A stretch of DNA of 64,000 nucleotides from Azolla caroliniana (taxonomy: Eukaryota > Plantae > Polypodiophyta). Under the pieces are notes generated by a model. The model searched no databases. It saw only the letters and a program-made list of their open reading frames with translations, and was not told the DNA's origin. Both the position numbers and the translations under genes were made by a program. Positions 23,985 through 37,139 of this stretch are shown piece by piece. The stretch lies in the NCBI GenBank assembly GCA_043228905.1, contig JBHGNT010000012.1, positions 14,570,001 to 14,634,000 on the forward strand, written 5' to 3'. The first letter of the stretch is position 1. Every line of letters begins with the position of its first letter.

Positions 23985-25809
23985 AACCACTTGCCATTTC
24001 GGAAGCTACCACTGTAGCCTTCGTCGTCCAATCTTCCACCCGATATCAGATTCAGTCTGATATCGGGGACATGTTGAACTTCCCTTAGCATCAGTTGACA
24101 ACCAGTCGATGTTGTCAAGCACATGCTTCTAATACCGTCTATCTTGCACTCTCCATTATCTCCCATCTTTACATAACCATGATCACCGACTATGTAAGTC
24201 GAAAACACTCTCTCGACAGAGTTATGTGGAATGATGCACCCGAGTTGATTACCCAGGTGCACTCTTCGCTTGCAAGATTTGTGCTTGCCTGCTGACAAAT
24301 GAACAGGATCTCCTCTACACTCATAGCTACTGTAGATGTGCCCTTTTCTTCAGGAATCTTCTTGGGTTCGACATTATTGCCAACACTCTTGTCCTTCTTG
24401 AGGTGTCGACAATCCTTTTGAAAGTGTCCAGGCTTTCCACAATAGAAGCATGTTGGCTTACCTTTGGACTTGCATCTGGCATGGGACTTTTCTCTCCTTG
24501 GTGGACTCTTTGCCGGTTCCTTCCTCTACCAGTATGTTGAGTCAAATTTGACTCCGACTGACCAAGACACCCTTGTCCTTCCTTCTAGTCTTCTCGTTCA
24601 AGATGCTTGCCTTTACCTCTTGTAAAGAGAAGTTCTCTTCTTGACACGAGGTGCTGAGAGTCACCACTAGGTTCTCCTAGCTGTCCGGCAGGGTGCACAA
24701 TAGGAGGATGGCCTACATTGCATCCTCAAGGGGAAACTTTGTTGCCGCAAGTTGGTTCACATACCCCGTGAATGTGCTAACGTGTTCAACTATGCTTTCT
24801 CCATCCCTGTATTTCAGCCTCACGATGTTCCTCATCAGAGATGTTTTGTTGAGGACGTTCTTCCTCTCACATAAGCCTGACAACTTCTGCCACATCTCGT
24901 AGGCCTTTGTGTCGTTCACAACATGTTGCAAGACACTTATATTGACACATTGTTGGATGATGGCTACCGCCTTTCTGTTAAGAAGTTCCCATTCCGACTC
25001 TAATACTTTCGTGGGTATTTTTGCTCTGTCAATCGGCTCGTAGAGGTCTTTGACTATGAGAAGGTTCTCCATCTTTTTCTTCCAGTCCACATAGTTTTGA
25101 GAGTTTCGAACTATCATGCTTGGGAAGCCGCTCAAACCTCCTTCCAACTTTCACCTACTACTCTAAATACCAGTTTGTAAGGATTCGTTCCCTTATATTC
25201 GTGAGAAAGACCGACTGTGTAATTGACAATATTACGGAAGGACAAAAACACAACAAATACACAGTTTTATGTGGAAACCCTAAACGGGGGAAAACCACGG
25301 GAAAAAAGATTCCACTATACACTAGAGAATACAAAATGAGATCAGAATACAACACTCTCCACACAGAGTGTATCGGCCACATAGGGCTCTTGGCGTCAAA
25401 CCTCACTAGGCTATGGCGCCAGGCTCTCCTTCCCGCTCTCACACTCTCTCTTCTTTGTTGCACACTAACCACACAGAGGCTAACTACTATTCTGTTCTAC
25501 ACAACATTATTCAACTCTATTTGCCCTAAGTGTATTTATACTTATACACTGTATGGGCTATCTACAAATGTGGCCACTACTACTGTCATTCCTATTATAA
25601 CAATAGTTAATCAACCGATTGGTCGACTAGTCGATTTGACTAGCCGACTCTTGTGCCGACTGTCTAGTCGGCTCGATTGGTCGGCCTTATATTTGAGCAA
25701 CTGGTTGGCCCGACTAGTTGGTCGTATATAGTCGACTCTCCATGTCTTCGACTGTCTGCACTCGGCCCAACCAGTCGGCTGCTCCCATAGGAGGGACATA
25801 TTCCTAACA
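23985..25809 (-). mobile_element. Tork-like Copia 5' portion (5' LTR 25176-25809, Met-type PBS, gag/protease)
   Basis: NYVDWKKKMENLLIVKDLY, VKMGDNGECKI, VQHVPDIRLNLISGGRLDDEGY. PBS TGGTATTTAGAG. LTR starts TGTTAGGAA. Confidence 0.88.
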
Positions 25810-26300
25810 ATAAGGTCCATGGATATGGATGCCCATGCTCGACTTAGAATTGGGAGCGGTTGGAGAAGACCATATGGTCGATGTTGAGCCACTTTGGAGC
25901 GAGCACATAAGTCACATGTCTTGATAAATTCCTTGACAAATTTCCAAGGTTGGGGCCACCAAAACCCTTGAGATAGTAACTCTAGTGATTTTGCGACCCC
26001 AAAGTGACCGACAAGAGGATCATCATGGTAGTTTTGTAGTACCCGTGAGGGACACGATCCTTCTAGAACATATAGGAGGTGATTACGATATAGTAACCCA
26101 TCCCAGGTTGTAAATTGGTTGAGATATGAGCTTTTCATGTCCGGGGATGGGTCATTGATGTGCACAATGATTTCGTTGGTGAATGGTTCTGACATGGTTG
26201 CCTTGGCGATCTTGTTGAGCAAAGAATCATCATGCAACACGTAGGTTGCAAACATCTGAAGTTGATCAGGCCTCAACAAACAATGGGATTGTTGTGAACA
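25810..26300 (-). pseudogene. Gypsy integrase zinc-finger region (family 2)
   Basis: HDDPLVGHFG...FWWP...CDLCARSK...PYGLLQPLP...ISMD. Confidence 0.9.
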
Positions 26301-29140
26301 TGCGTCATCCTATGTTTGTGGCTAAGTCCATCCCAGGATGAATAGTATAAAAGTGCTCTCTGAGCACATTGTATGTACAAAGTGTTCATTATTTTGAAAT
26401 CAAGTTTACGTTCTGCTCTCTCTGTCTCTCCCGCGTACTATGTATTCTCAAGCTTCCCATTAGACCTTGTCTCAGTTTTTCTGTTGCTCCCAGGGGCTCC
26501 ACTATATATAAAGAGGTTGTATCACATGCATTCACGACATCTTTTATAAACCCCATATACATATTATTTTTACTATTTTAGAGACCCTTTTGTAAAAAAA
26601 TAGTTAATAAAAATACCGCTTAGTGCCAATATATATTTGGACAACAACTCATTTTAAATGACCTTACATAGAAAACACTTGTATGTTTTATATATGTGTA
26701 TATATGTATTTTATTGTCTGAATTGTATTGCATATGTATTGTATTGTATTTCATGTTTATGTATGCATGTATTGCATGTTTGTATATATTATATATATGA
26801 CATGTGTATGTATCTATGTGTTTTGTTTGTGTGTGTTCTATATATGTGTGTGCATATGTGTTCTATACATGTCACTACAACCAAATAGGTTGGTAGTGAT
26901 GCCAAAATTCATCACTATTGGCATCGTTTACTTACCATCATTTTGCAACACGTTTTTTAGAAATTAATTATTATTTGTACTTTTTTTAATAATTAATTTG
27001 TATTTTTTATTTTTATCATTTATTTTTTATTTTTTATTTTTTTAAATAAACAAAATGCATGCATGTATGTTTGTACTTTTTTAAACAAATATGCATGCAT
27101 GTTTGTTTGTTTGTATGTATGTAGGCATGGAGAGAATGTGTCTTCACACCATCTTCATTCCAAAGAGCATGATCACCATTAAAACTAAGCATGAAAGCCT
27201 TCACTCCGAAGAAAAAGACCACCTTCCATGGATCTTCTTTGAAATGCTTACGTAACAATGCATATCTTGTGGTTTCATCAAAGTAAAAAATGCTACATCT
27301 AAAAGAGTATATATCATAAAAATAATATACCATGTTTTTTGGAAAAATAAAAATAAAAATAAATAAATATATATACCATGTGAAGTCCAAGAACTATTCA
27401 CAACATTTAACTTGAGCAAGAACTTCACCACATGAAGTTGCTACAGTGCCTGAACAAAAAATACACTGAGTTTTTCTCTAAGAAAAATTGAGCATACACA
27501 CACATAATACTTTTAACCTATAAACGTATTCTCTTCTATAACCATAGCCATTAATCCCTCTGCAGCAGAAACAAAGTAAGCTCTAGAACCGACAAAGCTA
27601 TAGATTCAAGAACATCTAATTTGAAATTTGCAAACCTACACACAAAAACACATTTTTTACCTCTTCTTTGTCGACATTTAGTAAGTTGAGAACATATACA
27701 ATAACAATATGAAACCAAGGGTAAATATGTTGTACGAATAAAATATAACAGTTACAAAGAAAAGATGTAGAGTAATAATTAAGAAACATCAACCATTATA
27801 CCTTCACTTCATAAGTAATGCTACAATCTTGATCCTGTGCACAATAAGATCAGCTTTTGTGGTCCATAATATAATTTGCAGCCCATTGTAGCCCATAAGC
27901 ATGTATGTATATATTTATATCTACATATCATGTATGCATGCATGCATGCCTAATGATTTTCCTGTTACTATATCTACCTTGAAGAGCTCATTATCCTCCA
28001 TGCCATCAATGTTGGACGCTTGAATTATCGAAACCTACTTCCTTATAGTTTCTGAGGAAACTCCAACATTCCAAGAGGTATTCAGAGCCATGACACTCAA
28101 AATGTATGCATTTTGACATACAAAATTCAGACATCTAATCCACAGAAATTTACACCCTTTGAGATAATGAAGCCCTTATGGATTCCGCCTCCCGGACATC
28201 CTTTCTTTGCGCAAAATGGATGAAAAATTAAGATGAAGTTACTCTCAACAACGTTAAATCATAGATAGGTTTGGTCTTGACAAATGAGAAGATAATGAGA
28301 ACACTTTGTGGAAATTCATATAGCCAATTCACTACAAATAAAACCAAAATACAGTTCAATTATGAACACACAATTGACATGCCTCTTGTAACAATACCAC
28401 ATTTGCCACAAATTCTCACTTACCATGTATCTAAGAAATCCAAAAATATGACATTGACCTCAACTATGGAAACTAGCAACGCAGCCCTCATGCCAAACAT
28501 GACTTGAATAAAATGTCGGAGCACCCCATTGAAGAGCATAAGGAATTGCTCAAAGGGTGTGTTCACACACAATGTTAGGTTGAGCTTGATTCTCAACACC
28601 TCTCTTTCGGAAACGGTTGACGATGTTGTTTGCCGAATTGATAGGCATCGCATACACCTGCAATCTCCTTTTTGGTAAAAGTTCTTAGAAATATTGAGAA
28701 TCGATTAGATAGGTAAGCCTAGAAAATCAAATTTAAAATAATTTCACAATTTTGACAATCTTGATGTTCCGTTTCAATATTAGCTTAGATACATTTAACC
28801 TACAGTACATAACAAGGAAGTACTAATAGAGAATCAGTAGAGGAACACTAATCTTATATCACCAAAAAATGTCTATCCATTATTTATCCATGAGTAACAC
28901 ATCATTCACAAGTGTTATTCACCATTGTGTTACATTATGCACTTACATGTTCTTCCTCGCCTAAAACAGATAACGGTGAGAAATATATGCATAGCACTAA
29001 TATTCGTTGAGTTTCAAATGGCGTCTCTATATAATTACCCACACTTCAAAAATGATGTTATATTGTGTGATAAACAATAGAAACAATCAAGATGGTTCAA
29101 ATTACCATACCAAGGTGATGAAACAACTAATGATGCTCGA

Positions 29141-29463
29141 TCACTCCGGCATAGGTTCGGGATAATCTTCAAACCCAAGGGTTCCCATGGCCCATAGCAG
29201 CAAGTCATCCCCATTCACCATCTTCCTCTTCTCCCTTTTGGCATTTATCTGAAGCTTCACCGATGATGAAGCTAATAAACTCTGACAAAACATTTTTGGA
29301 CGGTTTCCTTGGCTCTTTCTAGATGTTTGCATTAGAAAGGAGGGACTTTTTCATAATTCTAGTAACATTGGCAATAGGAAGCAATCGTTCTTGCTCACAA
29401 TTTAAGCTCAAATGTCTGCCTAAATGTCCGCCCAACAACTCTTCATCAGATTGATAAAGACAT
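29141..29463 (-). pseudogene. NF-YB: Intronless NF-YB (HAP3, non-LEC1 type) histone-fold transcription factor pseudogene
   Basis: [65 protein letters not shown], with a stop and frameshifts. Confidence 0.92.
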
Positions 29464-29644
29464 GGCTGAGGAAATGAACTAGAGGGTTTTTCAATATCTC
29501 TGGGATATAAGCTAGGCTTCCAAAAGCTTTCTCATTCTAAAATAATCGAGCTAAATGTTGGCTTTCTCTGTCTCTGTCTCTGTCTCTGTCTCTGTTTTTT
29601 TTCCCCCACGTCGAAATATTTGCCCCCTTTTTCTTTCTTCCTTT

Positions 29645-30211
29645 CTCTGTATGTATGTATGTATGTGTAGGTATGTATGTGTATGCATGTATGTAATGAT
29701 GTATAGATGTGTATAGATGTATGTTAAATTGTAAAACTTATAAGTTACACTGTAGGCATATGTATGTATGTATGTATATATATATGGTGATATGTGGAAT
29801 ATGTATGTATGTACATATGTAATGTATGTATGTGTATCCATATATGTATATGTGATGTACATTGTAGGCATATGTATGTACATAATTCAATGTGTATGGA
29901 TGTGTTTGTAATATGTGTATAATATGTATGTATGTGTATGTATATGTGTGTGTATGTGGTGATATGTATGTAAATGTATGAATGTATGTATGTGTATATA
30001 TGTAATGTATTTATGTATGTATATTTTGGGATATTTTCATGTTTAGTATGTATATGGATGTATGTATAGGTATATATGTGTATGCATGTATGTAATGTAT
30101 GTTTATAAAACTTAATATAACATCGTAGGCATATGTACGTATATATATATGGTGATATGTGGAATATGTATGTAGATATGTGAATATACATGATTCAATG
30201 TGTATGGATAT
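29645..30211. repeat. AT-rich (TATG/TGTA)n low-complexity tract; resumes at 36523-37140 and 38150-38500
   Basis: Direct reading. Confidence 0.85.
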
Positions 30212-30319
30212 ATATATGTAGAGTAAAAAAGAGAAGGAAGAAGAAGAAGAGAGAACGTTACAGAGAACGCTACAGGGAAGGAAGCGTTACAGAGAACGTT
30301 GTAGAAGACGAGGAAGACG

Positions 30320-32122
30320 ATGGCTGACACGGCACAACAGGGGAACTCTGATGCAGCGTCCCCGACATCCTCTTCACGGTCAGCTGTCACAGTCGTCTTC
30401 ACACCGGAAGAAGAAGCGATGCTGAAAACAGAGGTAAGCCGCCTGCACTCCTATTCAATAGTATGCAGGGTTATAGGATTAAGACCAAATAGAGGAGATT
30501 TGCGGGATCTCCTCCAGGCAGCCTTTCAGCATCACATCGGAAAAATAATTGATGTTCAATTCCTTGGACATGGTTTCTATCACTTAGAATTGGATACGGC
30601 AGAATCCATATTGATAATGTTAAAGGCTAATATGATTAATATTCGCAATGCGATTGCTTGTTTTATGCCATGGCAACCGGCTTTTGATCCCGTCCAAATG
30701 TTAAGTTCCGGACATCGGTTGATTCCGATTTCCGTAGTTTTCCCGAGAATTCCTAAAGAATATATGGCTGTGCTTCCATCAATTGCAGCAAGAATCGGCA
30801 CGGTTCTTCCTCCACGGGTGGAGGCTTTAGAAGCGAAGATGTCAGGATACCCATCAATTCGCATATTAGTTCCCTCAATGGAAAATCTACCGTCTCAGGT
30901 ACTTTTACCATCAATTACCGGGAATTCAACGTTTATGCAAAAACTGGAATATGTAGGTATGCCTGGGCAGTGCTTTTATTGTAAACAAAAAGGTCATGTA
31001 TTAAAAGATTGTCCAAGGAAAAAGAAGGGAGATGGTTCCCAGAATGGCCTAAGTAATGAACATATAGAGGCTAATCAAGTTAAGTTGAATAGAAATCAAC
31101 AAACACATCTACGTGAAGGAATAGAGAAAGGAAAGAATGTTAAGACTTCCAAGGATGAAAAAGGGAAAAGTATTCAACCCTCCCAAGATGAGGTGTGGAA
31201 GCCAATTGAAAAAAGGCACACAATACCTAATAAGAGCATAGAATCTAAGAGTGATCACGTAAATACAAGCCGTTATGAAGTCTTACAAGAACCGGATAAT
31301 TCTTTGCCTCAAAATGAGGTTAATTTAGGCCAAACCAGTAAGGGTTCTGAACAATCTATTCTTGTTGGAGAAGAGACCGAATCAGTCAACAATCTCGTTA
31401 GGTCCACTCAGGAAACAAAAATGACATCAAGTAAAGAACATTTTAAAGAGTCTAGTGCATCTCGACCAAGTCATAGATCTATAAAAAGATCATCTACCTT
31501 GAGGGGGCTGAATGTGAATTTCATTCGCACAATTCCGTTAAAGTCCTTAGTACAAAATAATTGTGATGTGGAAGTCACTAGATGGAATGCCACATACGGA
31601 TTTGAGTTTTTGAAATTTTTGGGAGACATGGTTGATAATGGGAATGCAGCAATACGAGTCCATGTTCTTTTCAGATCTATGCAATCTCTAGTAGGATTTT
31701 CATTTCCTTTCTATGGATATGAAAAACAAACATGGGCAGCAGCGGATGTTCGATTGGCTGTTAGACAACAAACATTACACTTTGCAAAATATGTTAATTG
31801 TGACAATTTTGGGGAAACATTATTAAGGGGACTTGAGGGAGCAACTATGCAACTTTTGCCAGTGTCTGATGTGATGGGGCGGAGGCAGGTGGTTGTTGCT
31901 TTAGACTCTAACATTCTTCCAAATTGTGGATATACATTTATTCATGAAGATGGATTATCGGAAGGCCAAGTATTGGCTAAAGCTCATCATCATTATAGAA
32001 TGATACGTGATGCGATACCCTTATCAAATTCAATAAACGGTGAGCAAGATGGCAATGAGGTCACTCTAGAGCCATTAATGAAAAACAGGAAAATGGCATC
32101 ACAACAACCTAAATTTTCCTAA
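30320..32122 (+). CDS. LINE ORF1p (RRM/DUF4283-like N-terminus, CCHC zinc knuckle, extra C-terminal domain), 600 aa, intact
   Basis: LGHGFYHLE, CFYCKQKGHVLKDC; position directly before ORF2. Confidence 0.9.
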   Translation: MADTAQQGNSDAASPTSSSRSAVTVVFTPEEEAMLKTEVSRLHSYSIVCRVIGLRPNRGDLRDLLQAAFQHHIGKIIDVQFLGHGFYHLELDTAESILIMLKANMINIRNAIACFMPWQPAFDPVQMLSSGHRLIPISVVFPRIPKEYMAVLPSIAARIGTVLPPRVEALEAKMSGYPSIRILVPSMENLPSQVLLPSITGNSTFMQKLEYVGMPGQCFYCKQKGHVLKDCPRKKKGDGSQNGLSNEHIEANQVKLNRNQQTHLREGIEKGKNVKTSKDEKGKSIQPSQDEVWKPIEKRHTIPNKSIESKSDHVNTSRYEVLQEPDNSLPQNEVNLGQTSKGSEQSILVGEETESVNNLVRSTQETKMTSSKEHFKESSASRPSHRSIKRSSTLRGLNVNFIRTIPLKSLVQNNCDVEVTRWNATYGFEFLKFLGDMVDNGNAAIRVHVLFRSMQSLVGFSFPFYGYEKQTWAAADVRLAVRQQTLHFAKYVNCDNFGETLLRGLEGATMQLLPVSDVMGRRQVVVALDSNILPNCGYTFIHEDGLSEGQVLAKAHHHYRMIRDAIPLSNSINGEQDGNEVTLEPLMKNRKMASQQPKFS

Positions 32123-35100
32123 ATGCGAGTAATGTCATGGAATGTTCAAGGGTTAGGAGGCCCCTTATATAGACGATACAAATATCGTCTCCGTCAAGAA
32201 ATCAACAAATGCATAGTGGGTGGACCCCTAGATTTTCTTTTAATACAAGAACATCATCTAAATACTTTTAGAATTTCTCGGTACGGTTCCATTCTACCTG
32301 GGAACTGGGACATGTTTTGGTCTCCTGCAATAGGCAACACGGAAGTCCGAGGAGGGGTGTGTATGGCTATTTCACAAAGATGGATATCATCCATTATTCA
32401 AAAACAAGTGGTTATTCTAGGAAGGGCTCAATTTGTTATTATCCAAGAGGAAGAGACTACATGGGGACTTTTAAATATATATGCTCCCAATACTGCAACG
32501 GCGCGGCAACAATTTTGGAAAGATTTATTAAATAAATTGCCGTCTCTTGATCATTGGTGTATTGCTGGTGATTTTAATATGCTTGAGGATCCCATCGATA
32601 GAATGGGAGGTAGCTCAATCACGATACATGGTCATGAGCTAACAATGTGGGAACAATTGGTGTTTTCCTTACAAATGTTAGACGCTTGGCATGCGCCTTC
32701 CATGGTTCGTACAAACACCTCACTTTTGTTTTCAAGATCAGATAGGCGAGTTAATGGTACTAATCTAGCTCGCTTGGATAGATTTTATTTATTTGGCAAA
32801 TTTATTTCAGCAACGGGTACCGTGCATATAATGCCAGGAACTACCTTTTCTGATCATGCTCCAATTATTCTTTCACTCTCGACTCAAAAGAATAAAGAAT
32901 TTGTCAATCTGAAGATTCCTGAAGAGCTGTTGTTAGACAATAATTTCTCATCACAGGTGATTGATTTATGGTCGCAAAAAGATGTTGGGCAAGAATCAAT
33001 GACTATGCGGGTAGCTAATGGCCTACAAAGAATTTCAGAATTTTTCAGGTGTAAATCTAAGGAAAGGTTTGCTATGATGAAAGAAAGGGAGAAAAGGTCT
33101 CGATCTTCTCTTGTTTCCTTGCAACGGTTACAAGAACGTTACCCACACTGTACTTGGATTGCCGAGAAACTTGGGTCAACAAAACAAGAACTAGCTGAAC
33201 TATTAGAAAAGCGTGCAGAATTTCAATATCATCGTAGGGCAGCTAATTGGACCCAAGTGGGTGACAAATGTACAGTTGAGTTTTTTCATTCAAAGAGACC
33301 TAATTATAATGCGGTTTCAATCAAACAACTACAACATGAGAATGGGACCATCTCATCTGATCCTCAAGTAATGAGAGAAATAGCCACAAGATACTACTCT
33401 AACCTACTATCAGCTGTTTCTTTCTCTGATGAAGAATTAGTATGTCGGTCACATGTATGGAATAAGTTGAAGTCAAGAATAACAGAGGATATGAATGTAA
33501 GTCTTCAAGATGTTCTTACATGTCATGAATTAACTGAAGCACTTCACGCTTTGCCTAAAAATTGTTGTCCAGGTGTGGATGGTCTAACCCCAACATTTTT
33601 TATTAAATATTGGGACGTATTCAAAGCAGATTTATGCACAACATTTCAGCAAATTCTTCGAGAGGGTAGGATGCCTTCTCAGTTTACAGAAGGATTGATT
33701 TATCTTATTCCTAAATCAGACGGTCCTTCACTCGACATCAAGAAATGGCGGCCGATTACACTACTAAATACAGTGTATAAAATTTTGGCTAAAGCAATTA
33801 GTATACGACTCAGCACCATAATGCCTACAGTTATACATCCGACTCAAACAGGATTCCTTCGAGAAAGAAGTATTTTGGATAATGTGTACACATTTTGGGA
33901 ATCTGTGGCCTTGGCAACTAAATCTAATCAAAAGTTGGTTGTTCTTATGCTTGATTTTGAGAAAGCATATGATCGTGTTGACTGGGAATTTTTACAAGGG
34001 GTATTGATTCGCTTTGGATTTTCAAAAGAATGGATAAAAGGTATTTCCTCATTATATAATGCTGCACAAAGCCGAGTCTTGTTGGCTGGAGATTATGGCC
34101 CTTTGTTTTATATTTCTCGATCAGTTCGTCAGGGTTGTCCACTGGCTCCCTTTCTATTCCTGTTTTTTGCTGAGGCAATGATTTCTTTTTTGAATGCTGC
34201 TGATATTGGTATACGTGGACTATGCACTCCACTCTCACATATAGAAGGGATGCTGAATTTGCAGATGACACTGCCCTATACTTAAAAGGTGATTTGGAAA
34301 ATTTGGAAAAAACAGAAGTGGCCATATCCACATTCTGTAAGGCTTCAAGTGCATTGGTTAATTGGAACAAGTCCTTTGCATTTTGGGTGGGAGATGTAAA
34401 TCCTCCGTTATGGAACCCGCACCCGCAATTTCGATGGATACCATCAGGTTGCCCAGTTCGGTACCTAGGATGTACTATAGGTGTTGATCTTTCGATGGAA
34501 AATCAAGTGGCTTCCCTCTTATTGTCTTTGAGGCAAAAACTGTTATTATGGAGTTCAGCTAAGTTGTCTTTTGCTGGTAGGGTTATAGTTGCCAATCAGG
34601 TGTTATTGGCGTCAACATGGTATGTTTTGTCATGTTGGATATTCTCCAAGTCATGTATTCTGAAAATACGCAGATTGATTCGTAATTTTCTATGGTCTGG
34701 AAAATCGGAAGGCAATGCTCGGTCTAAAGTAAAATGGGATGTTATTACCTTACCTCGCTCTAAAGGAGGACTAGGTATTATTGATCCAGTAGACCAATCA
34801 AGAGCACTATTAAGTAAGTTGCTCATTAGAGGATTTACGCCGGGGAAAGAGATATGGAAAATACTATTACTTGACCGCTGTTCAGACTGCTTTCCTCGAT
34901 TAGGTGCCCCTTGGTCTAAGGATGTAAACTGGATATTTAGGGAAAATTTCAGAGTACCTGCAGCTAACAAGTGGGAAACAGGTTTATTAGAACAGTATTT
35001 TCGGCATGGAAACAAGTATTACCTGGTTTGCTTCGCAATAAACCTAAGCCCAATCATTATATTGAGTATATTAGACAAAGGATAGTTTGGAATCCGTTGT

Positions 35101-36461
35101 TTACAACATCAGATGGTTCGCTGTTGGGTTCTAGACAATGGTTATCATGGGGAAAAATGGCAGAAGGTCCTGCAAAAACTGTTCAGACATGGCAACGTTT
35201 TTTATCAAGGTCATGGGAAGAACAAAAAGAAATCCTAAGTAGTATGCATGGGGGACAAATAATGTACCAACAAATTCAAGAGGCTATGAGTAGATTTCCT
35301 ATTCCACCCAATAACTCTAATCACAGATGGGTTGGGGTCTTTTCAAGATTGGAAGTACTCTTGGCTGTTAAAGGATATTCAGATGATAAGACCTACCGAT
35401 CCTTTGAGGTGGATGAAGCAAACCAATTGACACAATCCGGGGAAATGAGGATAGATTACCCTTATGCTATGGAACACAAGATAAGAATCATCAGATATGC
35501 TGACCGGAAATGGTACATTGACCCAATGATTGGGGAAATAAAGGCACATTGGAAGTTGTGGGTGTTGGCTAAAATACCGGTTTTCAGATTAGAATGGGAC
35601 CCAATGGATTATCAGTGGACAGACCCTTTTACGGGTAACAAATTTAATTTTTTCCAATATTCTGTACAATTAGGAAGACATGTGCTTTCAGATATACGAG
35701 ATGTGACACCGGCTGCTTTTCAATTTTGGAATCAACAAGGTATTACTCCCCAATTCCTGGCAAATTTTTGGGTAGTGTTATGGGCTAGAAAACAGCCACA
35801 CCAAATATTGCATGTACAGTGGTTGCTTGTACATCGAGCCTTGCCAGTTGGCACATGGCTGCATAGGATGGGAGTAGAGTCTACTTGCGCACGATGTCGT
35901 TTACAAATGGAAACTCAAAAACATTGCTTATGGGAATGTATTGAGTCTCAATTGATATGGCAACGTCTCCTTAGAATTTTTGCTAATTATTTCTCCCCGT
36001 TGGTTTTCACTTGGGGTATGGTGGTTTGGACATCTCTTGTCCATGATGTATTTCATTATGATAACGAATCAATGGACCATGGATTTTGCACTAATTTTGG
36101 AAGAGTACATAAAGTACCATTGTTGTCACTACAGTTTACAGGAATACGAAAGGAAGTCCAACCAGTATGGGAGATATTGAGTAGTACCACTATATATCAT
36201 ATTTGGAAGACTAGGTGCTCTCTTATTTTCCAACGACTGAAAACACCACCGGCCGAATTGGTCTCAAATATTTGGTTAGACATAGTGCATACTTTGAAGG
36301 GACAATGGGATGGTATTATTGGTGACTCTGATGCTAAGATTGCTCAACAGCATGAGTTTATCACTATATGGAAACCTTCTCCATTCATGACAGCCAACTG
36401 TGGTACTCCTTATTGGCATTATCAACCTCCGAAATGGTTGTTTCCCCCCCCAATTACATAG
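32123..36461 (+). pseudogene. LINE ORF2p (APE endonuclease, RT, C-terminal zinc finger) with two frameshifts near 34245 and 34975
   Basis: MRVMSWNVQG, AGDFN, RLDR, SDH; WRPITLLN, LDFEKAYDRV, VRQGCPLAP, FADD; CARC..ETQKHCLWEC. Confidence 0.95.
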
Positions 36462-37139
36462 AACTTTGAATCTTGTAAAATGACTATACTAATGACAGGA
36501 TATCTTTTTAAAAATAAAATAAAATGTGTATGGATATGTTTGTAATATGTACGTAATATGCATGTATATATCCCATGTATGTGTTAGTATACATATATCT
36601 AATGTGTGTGTGTGTGTGTGTGTGTTTGTATGTATATGTACATGTAAGCATTGTGGTTTGTATGGTTCTGTATAATCTATAAATATTGTGATATGTGTAA
36701 TATTGATGTACATATGTAATTTATGTATGTATGTGCATGTACATTTGTATATTGTGTAATAGGTATATGGATTATATGATATGTAACATCTGATTTATTT
36801 ATGTGTGTATGTGTATGTGTATATATATAATATGTAATTTATTATTTTTGTGTTTGGTATGTATATATGTATGCATTTCTATATAATTGTGTGTAATATG
36901 TAATATATCAAATATGTTTGTAAGAATGTGTACATTTGTATATATCATATATGTAATATGTAATTTTTATGTATGTAACATTTGAATGTAGGCATATATA
37001 CATGCATGCATGTATATGTATGTAGGTATATATGAATGTATGTGGTATGCATGTGTGATGTGTGTTTATTTGTGTATGTATGTACATATTGTGTTGTGTT
37101 GTATCAGTATGTATGGAATGTGTGTATATGTGTATGTGT

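Larger units (their letters stand above)
30212..36522 (+). mobile_element. Full-length L1-clade LINE with A-rich tail and 15-bp TSD
   Basis: TSD AATGTGTATGGATAT at 30197-30211 and 36523-36537; ORF1 + ORF2; AAAAT-repeat tail. Confidence 0.95.

Noticed and set aside
26873-26935. CACTACAA plus a small inverted repeat, suggesting a CACTA end
   Set aside because: No matching TTGTAGTG partner with a 3-bp TSD found in the window.
29551-30191. ORFs rich in Y/I/H/T (also 11364-11713, 26658-26967, 36489-36713, 38331-38525)
   Set aside because: Translations of TATG/TA low-complexity DNA, not proteins.
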